This document shows positions 45,982 to 55,431 of a DNA stretch of 64,000 nucleotides, in pieces (the stretch's first letter is position 1; the number at the start of each line of letters is the position of its first letter). Both the position numbers and the translations under genes were made by a program. Where the stretch lies: IMG/VR virus record IMGVR_UViG_3300024503_000015, positions 124,001 to 188,000 of that record. The stretch is one strand, 5' to 3'. Under the pieces are notes generated by a model. That model did not search any database, was not told where the DNA came from, and worked only from the letters and a program-made list of their open reading frames with translations.

Positions 45982-46415
45982 TATTTTAGAGTTGCTCGCA
46001 ACATCCATGAATGTTTGCGATGAGCATCTTGACGATCTGCTAGGAAATTAGCAAGACCAAATTCATTGTTTGTTTCTGCAATTTTGTACACTAGGCCAAA
46101 TAAGTTAGCCATTTTATCAGAGTCTTCTAATAAAATTTGTGTCATAGATAGTGCATCTGGAATCTCTGTTTCATCATCAATTTTAGTAAGCATAGTGAAA
46201 CGTTCAAAACTACCAGGAGTGTAACTACCACTCTTGCGAATATTTTCTGCAAAAGTATCTATACTTCCATATACTTCTTCGTAGATGTTACCAAATAGTT
46301 CATGAAATTCTGCAAAATCAGGTCCTTCTACGTTCCAGTGAAAGTAGTGTGCCTTTAGATAAAAACTAAATTCTGATGCGAATACTATTTTAAGTGCTTT
46401 TGCTAATTCTTCCAT
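45981..46415 (-). CDS. dps: Dps/ferritin-like protein
   Basis: KAHYFHWNVEG, FHELF, IDTFAENIR ferroxidase motif, KHSWML. Confidence 0.92.
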   Translation of the reverse strand: MEELAKALKIVFASEFSFYLKAHYFHWNVEGPDFAEFHELFGNIYEEVYGSIDTFAENIRKSGSYTPGSFERFTMLTKIDDETEIPDALSMTQILLEDSDKMANLFGLVYKIAETNNEFGLANFLADRQDAHRKHSWMLRATLK

Positions 46416-46649
46416 TTATGCCACCTGTGCTACTGCGTATACGGCTGTGACTAACATAGTTTTTAAATTTATGTCGTCTGCCTCTTCTTCTAATTTATCT
46501 GTTCTGACTAGGTCTAGCATTAATTCTCTAAACTCGTCTTCGCCTATTTGTCCTTGCTGACGTGCTTCACATATCTGCAATGCCACTGCGGCACGTTCAG
46601 CCGCCCATGGGCGACCACATTGTGTTAACATCTGCAACTGTTCTATCAT
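46416..46649 (-). CDS. Hypothetical protein, 77 aa
   Basis: Co-oriented, abutting neighbours. Confidence 0.55.
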   Translation of the reverse strand: MIEQLQMLTQCGRPWAAERAAVALQICEARQQGQIGEDEFRELMLDLVRTDKLEEEADDINLKTMLVTAVYAVAQVA

Positions 46650-47035
46650 TAGAATCTCCCAAGAACTGCACTAGCGGCTTTATCCGCTTGTGTAGCCATT
46701 AATTTCTTTTTAATTTCGCAGTAAGTTTCGCTACCCTGCTTTTCTGTACTGCGTTTATAAAAGTCATCTACAGTTTCCTGCATAGGTTTAACTAACTTAA
46801 GAACGTCCTGTTGACGCCAACCTTTGCTTTCACTATAAAGTTGAAACCATTCTAAATTATCTTTGATAATTTTAACCTGTGGTGCGTGTGCTTGTTTACA
46901 ATCTAATTGTGCTACACTTTGACGCACGTCTATAATACGTGCTGATTGATTAGGATCGCTGAAACTAGGAATCCAACTCTTAACAGTAGCGCAACCTGTT
47001 AATGATATTGCTAATGCTAAGACAAGGGCTCTCAT
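46649..47035 (-). CDS. Lipoprotein
   Basis: Signal MRALVLALAISLTG-C lipobox. Confidence 0.7.
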   Translation of the reverse strand: MRALVLALAISLTGCATVKSWIPSFSDPNQSARIIDVRQSVAQLDCKQAHAPQVKIIKDNLEWFQLYSESKGWRQQDVLKLVKPMQETVDDFYKRSTEKQGSETYCEIKKKLMATQADKAASAVLGRF

Positions 47036-47907
47036 TTTCCATCCTTGACACAGTTATCAACAGTCTTACCGCCTTTCTGTTTGGTACCCATACGTTTGTA
47101 ACCATCCCAGCAAGCCTTACCATCGACACCTTTTTGCTTTTCTTCTGCTAATGTAAGGTAGTCTAAGAAAGATTTTTTAGTTTCCATAGTTGCTGGTTGT
47201 TGCTGTTGTACTACGTGTGTGGCAGCACCGTCAGGAACAGATGCTGTATTAGTTACATTCTTGTTAGCATCTTGTTGACGTCTAACTTTTGCAACACCTA
47301 AATCGTATTCGGCATCACTGGCACCTGTTTCCTTGCCAGTTTTGTCATAGGTCTTAACAACATTTAATGGACCGTTCATATACTTTACAGTAATATTGCC
47401 AGTGACTAAATCGTGTTCCTGACTATAGCCGTTAAACATTGGACTAGAATATTTGATTGCTTTACCTGCTTTGTCGTAGGTAAATGAACCAAACCCGCTA
47501 TCGTGTACTCTAGTACCGTCTTGCTTTACTGTAAGTTTCTCACCGCCTTCTAAATCGTAACGACCTGGTTTAGAAAAATCGCCCTGTGGAAATGCAGGAG
47601 CATTTGGAATTTGTAGATTGGGTTTAAAACCCGGCTCCCCAGGTCTGCCTGCTTCTTCTAGATCGCTGTCTTCTTTTTTATTTGCAGTTTTAATATTATA
47701 CATCTTAGCCACTGCTTTTTCATCATACGGTCTAAAGTCGCTGAGTTTTTCTTTTGCGGCATCAGCGGCAGACGCAACTTTGTCAGCAACTGTTTTTAAT
47801 GTATTGTTTTCCTGCACAATAGACACGAAACGGCGCATGTCATTTGCGCCTTCTACTCTACGACTAGATGCTTTATCTAGTGCTTGTAAAATTTGTTTCA
47901 TGTCCAT
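47032..47907 (-). CDS. Probable capsid-internal protein, modular
   Basis: xxE-type junctions (VQENN, LEEAG, LAEEK); C-terminal CWDGYKRMGTKQKGGKTVDNCV module. Confidence 0.55.
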   Translation of the reverse strand: MDMKQILQALDKASSRRVEGANDMRRFVSIVQENNTLKTVADKVASAADAAKEKLSDFRPYDEKAVAKMYNIKTANKKEDSDLEEAGRPGEPGFKPNLQIPNAPAFPQGDFSKPGRYDLEGGEKLTVKQDGTRVHDSGFGSFTYDKAGKAIKYSSPMFNGYSQEHDLVTGNITVKYMNGPLNVVKTYDKTGKETGASDAEYDLGVAKVRRQQDANKNVTNTASVPDGAATHVVQQQQPATMETKKSFLDYLTLAEEKQKGVDGKACWDGYKRMGTKQKGGKTVDNCVKDGK

Positions 47908-47911
47908 GATA

Positions 47912-49327
47912 TTATAGGCCTGATAAGAATTTCAAACGAGATAAGTCAGTAGATTCTTTAACTGTTTCTTTTTTCTTATCTGCTTTGCCGCCCATTTCGT
48001 CTTTGCCTAAACGACCAGCAACTACATCACCTTTGGTTACTTTGTCATATGGTTTAGCATTGTTGGCTAAGTTACCATCGCCCTTTTTCTTTTCAGCAAC
48101 AACTTTTCTAACAATAGACTTAACTAGGTTAGATTCTTGTACTGCTGGCGTAGGAGCAGTTGTACCACCTTCGGCTTCTAATTTCTTTCTAAGAGCACTA
48201 ATAGTTCTTGCTAAGTTTGTCTTATCGGCACCTGTAGCAGTTTTGTATTGTTCTTCGTATTTTGCGAGTGCTTTTGCAGTTGGGCTATCTGCTTCAGCAC
48301 CTTCTTTAAATGCTGGATTTGTAGGACCAGGAGTCTTTTCGCTCCACTCTTTACCCTTGTTTGGACCAGAAGTTACTTTTGGATACTTGCCAGTCTTTGG
48401 ATCTTTCTTAGGAGCGGCTGTAGCACCATCTGGTGGGCTCATTACTTGACCTTCGTCAGTTTTCTTTTTCTTTTCTGGAAGACCTTTATGCTTTGTACTA
48501 GCAAAGTCTTTGGCATCTTTGTCTTTCATGCCTTTAGCAACTTTAGCAACTTCCTTACTGGCTGGCTTTTCGCCTTTCTTTGCGGCGTGTACCATGCCCA
48601 TAAATTTTTGTTGTGCTTTGCTTACAGCCTTTTCGACTACTTGTGTAAGGGCTTCCTTAATCATCTTGTCTTTTTCTTTCTTGTTCTTGGCGTCTTTTTC
48701 AGCCTTGGCAATTTTTTCTGCGGCTTCGTCGATTTCATCCTTAACACGGATGCTGGCCACAGTCCAACCTGGATTGTCGCGTTTCATACGATCACGTACT
48801 TCGCCTTGGCTTTCGCCTTCGTCGGCAACAGTAGTAACACCACGAGTTTTGTTATCTTTTTCAAGTTTAACAAAGTATTGTTTCTTTTCTGATTTATCAA
48901 CTTGACCTTTCTTTTTGTCAGTTGCACGTACACCAGACGCTTCTTTAACAGCACCTTCTAACAAGGATGCTAATTTTTGTTCATATGTAGTCATTTCGTC
49001 AATTTTCCTTTCTTCGTCATCCATGTCAGACACTGGCTCTTCGCTTGGTAGCTCTTGTTCAGCATCACCTGTAATGTCGTCGATGTTGGATGCGTTGCTG
49101 CCATCGCCGAACTTAACTTGGTACTCCATATAGTGATATACACTATCTAAGTAATCTGCAGATTTAGTAATTTTAGCCTGTACCCAACCTTCTAAATCTT
49201 GTCCGTCTTGAATCATTTGGAACAATTTCATAGAGTACTTTGCGGCTCTATATAGTTCTGAACGTGCCATAGCCCCTTCGTGGTCGTCCACTGGTCCTGG
49301 CATAACTGGTCTCATCTGGTCGTGCAT
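47912..49327 (-). CDS. Probable capsid-internal polyprotein, Lys-rich
   Basis: Modules separated by IDEM, LLEG, VKEA, IDEA, IKEA, TDEG, FKEG, VQES, VKES; late promoter upstream. Confidence 0.6.
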   Translation of the reverse strand: MHDQMRPVMPGPVDDHEGAMARSELYRAAKYSMKLFQMIQDGQDLEGWVQAKITKSADYLDSVYHYMEYQVKFGDGSNASNIDDITGDAEQELPSEEPVSDMDDEERKIDEMTTYEQKLASLLEGAVKEASGVRATDKKKGQVDKSEKKQYFVKLEKDNKTRGVTTVADEGESQGEVRDRMKRDNPGWTVASIRVKDEIDEAAEKIAKAEKDAKNKKEKDKMIKEALTQVVEKAVSKAQQKFMGMVHAAKKGEKPASKEVAKVAKGMKDKDAKDFASTKHKGLPEKKKKTDEGQVMSPPDGATAAPKKDPKTGKYPKVTSGPNKGKEWSEKTPGPTNPAFKEGAEADSPTAKALAKYEEQYKTATGADKTNLARTISALRKKLEAEGGTTAPTPAVQESNLVKSIVRKVVAEKKKGDGNLANNAKPYDKVTKGDVVAGRLGKDEMGGKADKKKETVKESTDLSRLKFLSGL

Positions 49328-49348
49328 GGTTAAAATCTCCTGGTGTTG

Positions 49349-49356
49349 TATTTATC
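49349..49356 (-). promoter_or_regulatory. Late-like promoter GATAAATA
   Basis: Overlaps the CGA-TAA stop of the upstream gene, same arrangement as 12563. Confidence 0.6.
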
Positions 49357-50011
49357 GTTTTGCTATACTGCCGCCTGTTAACAGATTAGCCTTCATATCT
49401 AGGGCATTTTTAGCAGTACCGTCTTTATTTTTAGGTGTTTTTCCGGCTTTATTTTTGTATACAGGACCCACACTAACCATACCTGCACTAGTGCCTCCCG
49501 GTGTTGCAGTTTCGTCAAACTTATCGATTCCACGACTCTGCATTCCGCCCTTCTTACGTTTAGCGGCTAATTCTTCTAAACCGTGACGTACTTGCTCTAA
49601 ATTCTGTTCTAAACCCATGAACATGCCGCCTTTGGCTAACTTAGTAATTTGATGCCAAGTTGCTAGGTCATCGCTTTCTGCCATACGTGCTAATTCTTGT
49701 AACTGTTTACGTGTTTGCAAAATGCGTCCTTTTAACGTCATAGGATTTGCTTTATTGTGACTGTGAATCATAGGATCCATAGGATCATCTGTAGCGGCAA
49801 TAGGTGCTTCTAAGGTAAGTTGATCTGCAACAGTTTCGCTCATCTGTGCCATTTGTACAGCCTGCGCGGCCAATCTTGCAGGAATACCTTCTTTAACAAG
49901 TTTATCCTGTGCTTGTTGTTCGCTTAGTCCTTGTGCTAATAATGCCTTGGCACGTTTAGCCAAAGCCATCATATCAATAACACCTTCGTTTATAATGTCT
50001 ATCAATCTCAT
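49352..50011 (-). CDS. Probable capsid-internal protein
   Basis: N-terminus MRLIDIINEG; internal LTLEA and FDETATPGG. Confidence 0.55.
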   Translation of the reverse strand: MRLIDIINEGVIDMMALAKRAKALLAQGLSEQQAQDKLVKEGIPARLAAQAVQMAQMSETVADQLTLEAPIAATDDPMDPMIHSHNKANPMTLKGRILQTRKQLQELARMAESDDLATWHQITKLAKGGMFMGLEQNLEQVRHGLEELAAKRKKGGMQSRGIDKFDETATPGGTSAGMVSVGPVYKNKAGKTPKNKDGTAKNALDMKANLLTGGSIAKR

Positions 50012-51753
50012 TTCTTTTTTCCTTGACGCATATTAATTTGCCAGTGTGCTAATTGTTTTTTACGTGGACTAGCAGAATCGCTACTGCGTATCTTTTTTAA
50101 CTGTGCTATGCTCATGCCTTTAGTGATGCCGTGACGTTTACTATCACCTTTATCTTGTGGATTTTTTCCATCGGCAAAGTTTTCATCTACATTAAATGTC
50201 GGATCAACTTTTTGACGCGGCATATTCTTAGGCCGCTTTGGATCAACCGGGTCAATGTCTGTGGTATCAAGGCCCAACTTTTTCAAAGCCGCAATATATT
50301 TGTGCTCTTCTTCTTCACTGCCAAAAGATACAATAGTACTAGGAGGCCCTTTACCAAAATCTTTATTTGATAAATTTTTTAAGTTGGCAATATTCTTACC
50401 TAACTTGTACCAATCATACACATCACTTACATCAACTCTAACAGTGCCTCTAGGCATTGTAGGTTTAATTTCAGGACCTCTTGGTTTTTCATTAGGGTGC
50501 TGGTCTTCTTCTGCGTGTTTAAAATATTGTACTTGACGTTCACGTTTCTCTGCACCGGCGCGAGTTGGATACTTACCTAAGTTCTTATTACCATGTTTGC
50601 TTTTTAATTCGTAACCGCCTTTAACTTTAACAATATGTTCGTTAAACTGTTCTGGATTCATTTTACCCCAGTAACGTAGCAATACTCCAGCAAGAGCATT
50701 GGCTTCGTTTTCGTCTGGACTGCCAGTTGCACCATCTAATTCTCTTGCTTCGTTTTGTTTGCGATGCACTAATTCGTGTGCTAGTGTTCGCATAATATCC
50801 ATTTGATGTCTATCTTTAACAGATACAACTATGTCTTGTGTTTCAGGATCAAAGTATCCAAGTGCAGTAGTCTTTGTATCACCTACTAATTTAATACGTG
50901 GTGCTTGTTCTATTTCTAAAAGTTTGATAGCCCATAATGCAAAGTCTTTGATACGTTGCTTTTTATCTGGAGTCCATGCTTCCATCAATCCGCCGCCGTC
51001 ACCGCCGTCTCCCGCAGGCACACTACCTACACCACTGTAGCCTGCATCGGTACCATATAGTCCGTAAGGACCTGGTCCATATAACGCACCGTATTTGTTT
51101 CTGCGTTTTTTCTTACGACCTTCGTCTACATCTTTGTCACCACTAGTGGCAATTAATTTTCCTTGACTTCTATCTAGACTTTTTAACTGCTGTGGTTCGT
51201 GTTCTTCTTCACCTTGTCCCACACGTTTAGCACGTTTAAGTCCATCTAATATTACTTGTAAACTATCTTCGTCTGCTTGATATTTGATACCAATACCGCC
51301 AGCGGCTTCCCAAGCACTGATATTACTACCTCTGTCGTCAATTAATACGTTAGGCATTCCGCTAGGATTTCTAGCGTACTTGGCTTTGTTTGAAACAATG
51401 TAAATGTTGTCTGGCAGTTGATTTAAGTGTTCATCGATCCAAATACGTTTGTATTTTTCACTGCCTTCGTGGTCGCCGCGTAATGGGCTAGAACAAATAT
51501 TGTAGCCACCGGCCACATCAACTACAATATCAATTAGTTTGTCTGCTGTAGGAAACTTTGGTAGACGTGCAAAAAAGTCTGTTCCTACCATTTTGTTTAA
51601 TGTAGGATCAGTCTTCGCTGGTGGAATGTCTCTGTAGTTTCCGCTTTTAATGCCAGCAAGTTTAGCATACTCTGTGAAAAAGTCTGCAAGAACTCCGTCC
51701 ATGTCTACATAGACTTCCATGCCTTGGGGTAATTCTAAATCGCTTGCTCTCAT
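50008..51753 (-). CDS. Multi-module protein: HAD 5'(3')-nucleotidase + HExxH domain + small modules
   Basis: YVDMDGVLADF and LIDDRGSNISAWEAAGGIGI (NT5C-type HAD); RTLAHELVH. Confidence 0.75.
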   Translation of the reverse strand: MRASDLELPQGMEVYVDMDGVLADFFTEYAKLAGIKSGNYRDIPPAKTDPTLNKMVGTDFFARLPKFPTADKLIDIVVDVAGGYNICSSPLRGDHEGSEKYKRIWIDEHLNQLPDNIYIVSNKAKYARNPSGMPNVLIDDRGSNISAWEAAGGIGIKYQADEDSLQVILDGLKRAKRVGQGEEEHEPQQLKSLDRSQGKLIATSGDKDVDEGRKKKRRNKYGALYGPGPYGLYGTDAGYSGVGSVPAGDGGDGGGLMEAWTPDKKQRIKDFALWAIKLLEIEQAPRIKLVGDTKTTALGYFDPETQDIVVSVKDRHQMDIMRTLAHELVHRKQNEARELDGATGSPDENEANALAGVLLRYWGKMNPEQFNEHIVKVKGGYELKSKHGNKNLGKYPTRAGAEKRERQVQYFKHAEEDQHPNEKPRGPEIKPTMPRGTVRVDVSDVYDWYKLGKNIANLKNLSNKDFGKGPPSTIVSFGSEEEEHKYIAALKKLGLDTTDIDPVDPKRPKNMPRQKVDPTFNVDENFADGKNPQDKGDSKRHGITKGMSIAQLKKIRSSDSASPRKKQLAHWQINMRQGKKK

Positions 51754-52037
51754 TTTTTATTTACCGGTTTTTCGCCTGTCATGTAAGGTAAACTAAACCA
51801 TAACTGAAACCACTCAGGTGTTCCAGGTTTAATGTTTTGTTCTCTCTGTATTCTGCCTTTATCACTGCCAGTAACACTGATGTTACTGCCCTGATACTCG
51901 TGTAGTCTTGCGGCATGACCTAAGCCTGCAAGATACTGCATAGATTTAATTTCGTATATAGGATCAGAAGGATCAAGTAAGCAGTCGTCTGGACTGTCTT
52001 GATTTAAATTTTCTGTACTGATTCTATATTGTTTCAT
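51750..52037 (-). CDS. Hypothetical protein, 95 aa
   Basis: Co-oriented in the late cluster. Confidence 0.55.
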   Translation of the reverse strand: MKQYRISTENLNQDSPDDCLLDPSDPIYEIKSMQYLAGLGHAARLHEYQGSNISVTGSDKGRIQREQNIKPGTPEWFQLWFSLPYMTGEKPVNKK

Positions 52038-52040
52038 TTA

Positions 52041-53012
52041 TTATGAAACCTTAACAACAGTAAATCCTGCTTTTACGTAGTGATCGTGAGCATAATTCTT
52101 TGCGTGTTCGCGACCTTTAGTAGTAGTTACACGGGGTGTTCTTTCAACTTCATTTCCGTCCTTGTCAATAAGAGTAAAACGGAATGAATACTCTTCTGGA
52201 TCCGGTCCATTAACATATTCATCATCTTCGCGTTCACGACGTCCAAAGCCTGTGCGACTAGAATCGTAATCGCGTTGATACGCATCGTAACTACCGTAAC
52301 GGCCTTCTTCTAATTCTGACATTTTCATAGCATCTTTTTCCTTCTTAGGTTCTTTTTCTTTTTTAGGCTCTTCTTTTTTCTTAGGTTCTTCTTTTTTCTT
52401 AGAATCTTTTTTCTTTGCTTTTTCCTTCGCCTTTTCTTCATAGGGCATCAAGTACTCGGCAACTAAGTCAAAGAATGGTTTACCCATAACAGGTGTTTCT
52501 GAACTTACGCCAGCGGCATCGCTAAATGCTTGTCTGTCGCCTTTGGCTACTGCTTCACGTAAACTTGTAGCAGAGCTCTTACGTAATTCTAATTTTGCTT
52601 CTTCTATACTGTCGTGGAACAGTCTAATTTCTGGAAAATTGTATTCGCCGTGCGGACCAGACTTTCCATTATAATCTTGTACAGTAGGAACTACCCATGC
52701 TTCGTCAGTAACGATGATTAATTTTACTGCACCGTGTTTCTGATATACATAACTGGCTAATGTTAACCAACTTGTTTCGGCAACAATATGTCCTGTAACA
52801 TCAGGCCAAATAACTTTCATACATTCTGTTTTTACATTGTATGGCAGTGGGTCTTTTGGTCCTACAGTACTTTCATTAGTACCAACGTACCATACATCTT
52901 TAGTAGCGGCAGTTTCCCAAGCGGCTTTATGTCCTTTGTGCGGAGGATTGAATCGACCAAATATAATGGCTACTTCACTTGTTTTATTTTCAAATAAATT
53001 TCTTAATCTCAT
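52041..53012 (-). CDS. HxGH cytidylyl/adenylyltransferase-like protein (NMNAT/PPAT fold)
   Basis: IFGRFNPPHKGH, DPLPYNVK, SSATSLREA; N-terminus MRLRNLFE. Confidence 0.82.
   Translation of the reverse strand: MRLRNLFENKTSEVAIIFGRFNPPHKGHKAAWETAATKDVWYVGTNESTVGPKDPLPYNVKTECMKVIWPDVTGHIVAETSWLTLASYVYQKHGAVKLIIVTDEAWVVPTVQDYNGKSGPHGEYNFPEIRLFHDSIEEAKLELRKSSATSLREAVAKGDRQAFSDAAGVSSETPVMGKPFFDLVAEYLMPYEEKAKEKAKKKDSKKKEEPKKKEEPKKEKEPKKEKDAMKMSELEEGRYGSYDAYQRDYDSSRTGFGRREREDDEYVNGPDPEEYSFRFTLIDKDGNEVERTPRVTTTKGREHAKNYAHDHYVKAGFTVVKVS
52341..52410 (-). repeat. Coding low-complexity repeat KKKEEP/KKEKEP
   Basis: Translation SKKKEEPKKKEEPKKEKEPKKEK. Confidence 0.7.
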
Positions 53013-53013
53013 A

Positions 53014-54162
53014 TTATTCCCCAGGAGTCCACTGGTCTCTGTTTACTAACTTTACATTACCGAATTTCTTTTCAGGGCCAGCATAGCGTACACGACCTTC
53101 TCCGTTTGTGTCCCAGATATCTCCTTGCTCGCCTTCAACCTGTGCAAGTATTTGGTTTTTCATTGATTGTATTTGTTTAACTAGAGAAAATATAGCATCT
53201 ACAGCGTTAGGATGGGCTTCTATTTTAGCCTGTATTTTTTCTTGTTTTCCTGCACTAACTTTTGACTTTTCCAACCATGCGTTAAAATTCTGTAAACCTA
53301 AACTGCTTAACTGTTTAGCTCTTGCTGTTTGATTTACATAGGTGTAGAATATATTCTTAAGGTCACTTAACCCAGCAGTATCGGACAAGAATCCTTCGAT
53401 TTGTTCTGCGTGTTGTTGTGCATAACCTTCAATGTTATCAATCATCTTAGTATCGATACTAACAGATTTTTTATTGTATATCGGACCTTGTACAATTAAT
53501 TTAGGATTAGCATTAAATTGATCAAAATCGTCTAACGGTTCTTGTTCACTGTCATCCATTCCAAATTGTGGGAAATAAGCATGACCGACAACCATTACAT
53601 CTGCATAAGCAATACGCTTACCTAAATCACTGTCGCCTCTGACATGATAACAAGTTTGTGATTTAGGATTTGGACAGAATGTGTATACTCCGTCTTTTAA
53701 ATCGGGCCTGTTTAAAAATAATGCGTCAGCATAGACAAAGCCTACAAAATCTTTTGGAGTTGCCGCATCAAATGCTGGATATAAATTTGCAAACTTGGCG
53801 GCAAATTCTTCACGTTGTTTACGCTCTTCTTCTGTCTTAGGTGTACCGCTCTTGTTAGCAATAAAATCTTTTACTGCTTCTGGATTATCTGTCTTAGCAC
53901 CACGTGCCCAACCGTTGTGTCCTGCTAGAATTAATGGTCCATTCTTTGTTTCACGACCCCAATAGATTTGAGGATTACCGTCCCATTTCATGCGAATGCT
54001 TTCAGAACCTTCTTGTGTAGCGATTTCTTTAACGTGGTCTAATGCTTCGATGGTACCGTCGATGCCGTAGAAGAAAACTAGATCTTCGAGATGGTTGAAT
54101 GCACGGCCCAGTTTCTTTTTAACTGTTTCTGTGGATTCAACAAATAGTTCTCTTAATCTCAT
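53014..54162 (-). CDS. Ligase-type covalent nucleotidyltransferase-like protein (KxDG)
   Basis: NHLEDL and MKWDGNP resemble motif I of RNA/DNA ligases; N-terminus MRLRELFVE. Confidence 0.55.
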   Translation of the reverse strand: MRLRELFVESTETVKKKLGRAFNHLEDLVFFYGIDGTIEALDHVKEIATQEGSESIRMKWDGNPQIYWGRETKNGPLILAGHNGWARGAKTDNPEAVKDFIANKSGTPKTEEERKQREEFAAKFANLYPAFDAATPKDFVGFVYADALFLNRPDLKDGVYTFCPNPKSQTCYHVRGDSDLGKRIAYADVMVVGHAYFPQFGMDDSEQEPLDDFDQFNANPKLIVQGPIYNKKSVSIDTKMIDNIEGYAQQHAEQIEGFLSDTAGLSDLKNIFYTYVNQTARAKQLSSLGLQNFNAWLEKSKVSAGKQEKIQAKIEAHPNAVDAIFSLVKQIQSMKNQILAQVEGEQGDIWDTNGEGRVRYAGPEKKFGNVKLVNRDQWTPGE

Positions 54163-55013
54163 TCTTCGCCCCTTGACTGCTTGGGACCTTTACGTTGTTT
54201 CCATTTTTTATCTGTACTGCACCAGTAACGTCCATAAGTACCTTCTACTACGCCTTGCATCCATGAGAACCATTCGGCAGAACCTTCTTTAACATCTTCA
54301 GGCTTTTTGCCTTCGTTGCCAGGCCAGTTCTCATCGGCTAGTGCGTGTTGAATTTTTGGATTTTGTTCTTTACCTGGTAGTGCGGCAATAATTCTTTCTA
54401 CATTACCTAAGTCAGCGGCAGTAGCATGAGCACCGATTAAAATTTTAGCAACTTCGTCTGCATTGTGAGAAACAAAGTCTGCCTTCTTTCCATTTTCATC
54501 TCGGGCAAACAGCCCTTGGAATCCGCTCCACATTAGTCCGTAAGGATATCTTTGGTTACGAGTTTCTTTAGCAATACTGGAAAGTAGTATGTGCTTATGT
54601 AAACCTTTGAATGGAGTATTTTCAATGCTATAATCGTGTTGATGAAATTTACTAACAGAGCCAGCATCTTTAACAAACATAATATCTGCTTGTGCAAACT
54701 TATCGCCGTTAGGAACTTTAATGTGTACATTGATGCCAGTTAGTGCAGATTCGGTGCCTCTATCTTGAAAGTATGTTTTTAATTTTTGTCTTGCTTCTTT
54801 GGCTGTCTTAACTTTAAAAAAGTCTAACATGGACTGCTCGTCGACCATTAAGTCCATGTCTCCAGAACTGGCTTTATGGCCGGCACTGCCAACAGGAATT
54901 AAATCAATGCCCTGCGGCATCATTGATTGCGCCTTGGCTAGTACTTCCTTGGCTTCATCCTTGCCAAATGGTTCTACATCAGGAAATACATTTCCACCTT
55001 CTAATAGGATCAT
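54159..55013 (-). CDS. Pol-beta superfamily nucleotidyltransferase
   Basis: PVGSAG...SSGDMDLMVD (GS + DxD) and a third Asp in QADIMF; N-terminus MILLEGG. Confidence 0.75.
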   Translation of the reverse strand: MILLEGGNVFPDVEPFGKDEAKEVLAKAQSMMPQGIDLIPVGSAGHKASSGDMDLMVDEQSMLDFFKVKTAKEARQKLKTYFQDRGTESALTGINVHIKVPNGDKFAQADIMFVKDAGSVSKFHQHDYSIENTPFKGLHKHILLSSIAKETRNQRYPYGLMWSGFQGLFARDENGKKADFVSHNADEVAKILIGAHATAADLGNVERIIAALPGKEQNPKIQHALADENWPGNEGKKPEDVKEGSAEWFSWMQGVVEGTYGRYWCSTDKKWKQRKGPKQSRGEE

Positions 55014-55354
55014 TCATCTCTCCCATCATAAACACCGTTTTCGATGTTATGTTTTTCTTCGTGGAACATTTTAACAGCCAAGTCCTGTACTTCTTCGGGA
55101 TCGAATAATACTTTTGGGTTTTGGGTGATTTTGAATTTATTGCAATAAACTGGTATGGCTTTATCGATGCAGGGCATAAATGACATTTCGTTGCACTTGC
55201 CGCCGGATTTCAACTTGCCTTTTAATTCAGCGATTACAGGATAAACTACCTTACGATAAAAACGTGGGTCGTTGTGCATAAAAAACTTTAAATCATCGAC
55301 GAAATCGACGTCTTTAAACTGTTCTGCTTGCTTATCTACATCATTTATTTTCAT
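55010..55354 (-). CDS. Hypothetical protein (start MKINDV)
   Basis: First gene after CATAAATA. Confidence 0.5.
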   Translation of the reverse strand: MKINDVDKQAEQFKDVDFVDDLKFFMHNDPRFYRKVVYPVIAELKGKLKSGGKCNEMSFMPCIDKAIPVYCNKFKITQNPKVLFDPEEVQDLAVKMFHEEKHNIENGVYDGRDE

Positions 55355-55407
55355 ATAATCACCATGTTCTGCATAGAGCCGCGGATATACATACTCCACT
55401 AATAGAG

Positions 55408-55415
55408 TATTTATG
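55408..55415 (-). promoter_or_regulatory. Late-like promoter CATAAATA
   Basis: Intergenic, heads the internal-protein cluster. Confidence 0.5.
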
Positions 55416-55431
55416 CTATTTTACAACTGTA

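Noticed and set aside
47985-48905. Several long plus-strand ORFs (154, 214, 131 aa)
   Set aside because: Antisense shadows of a Lys/Ala-rich minus-strand gene; no RBS and no protein-like motifs.
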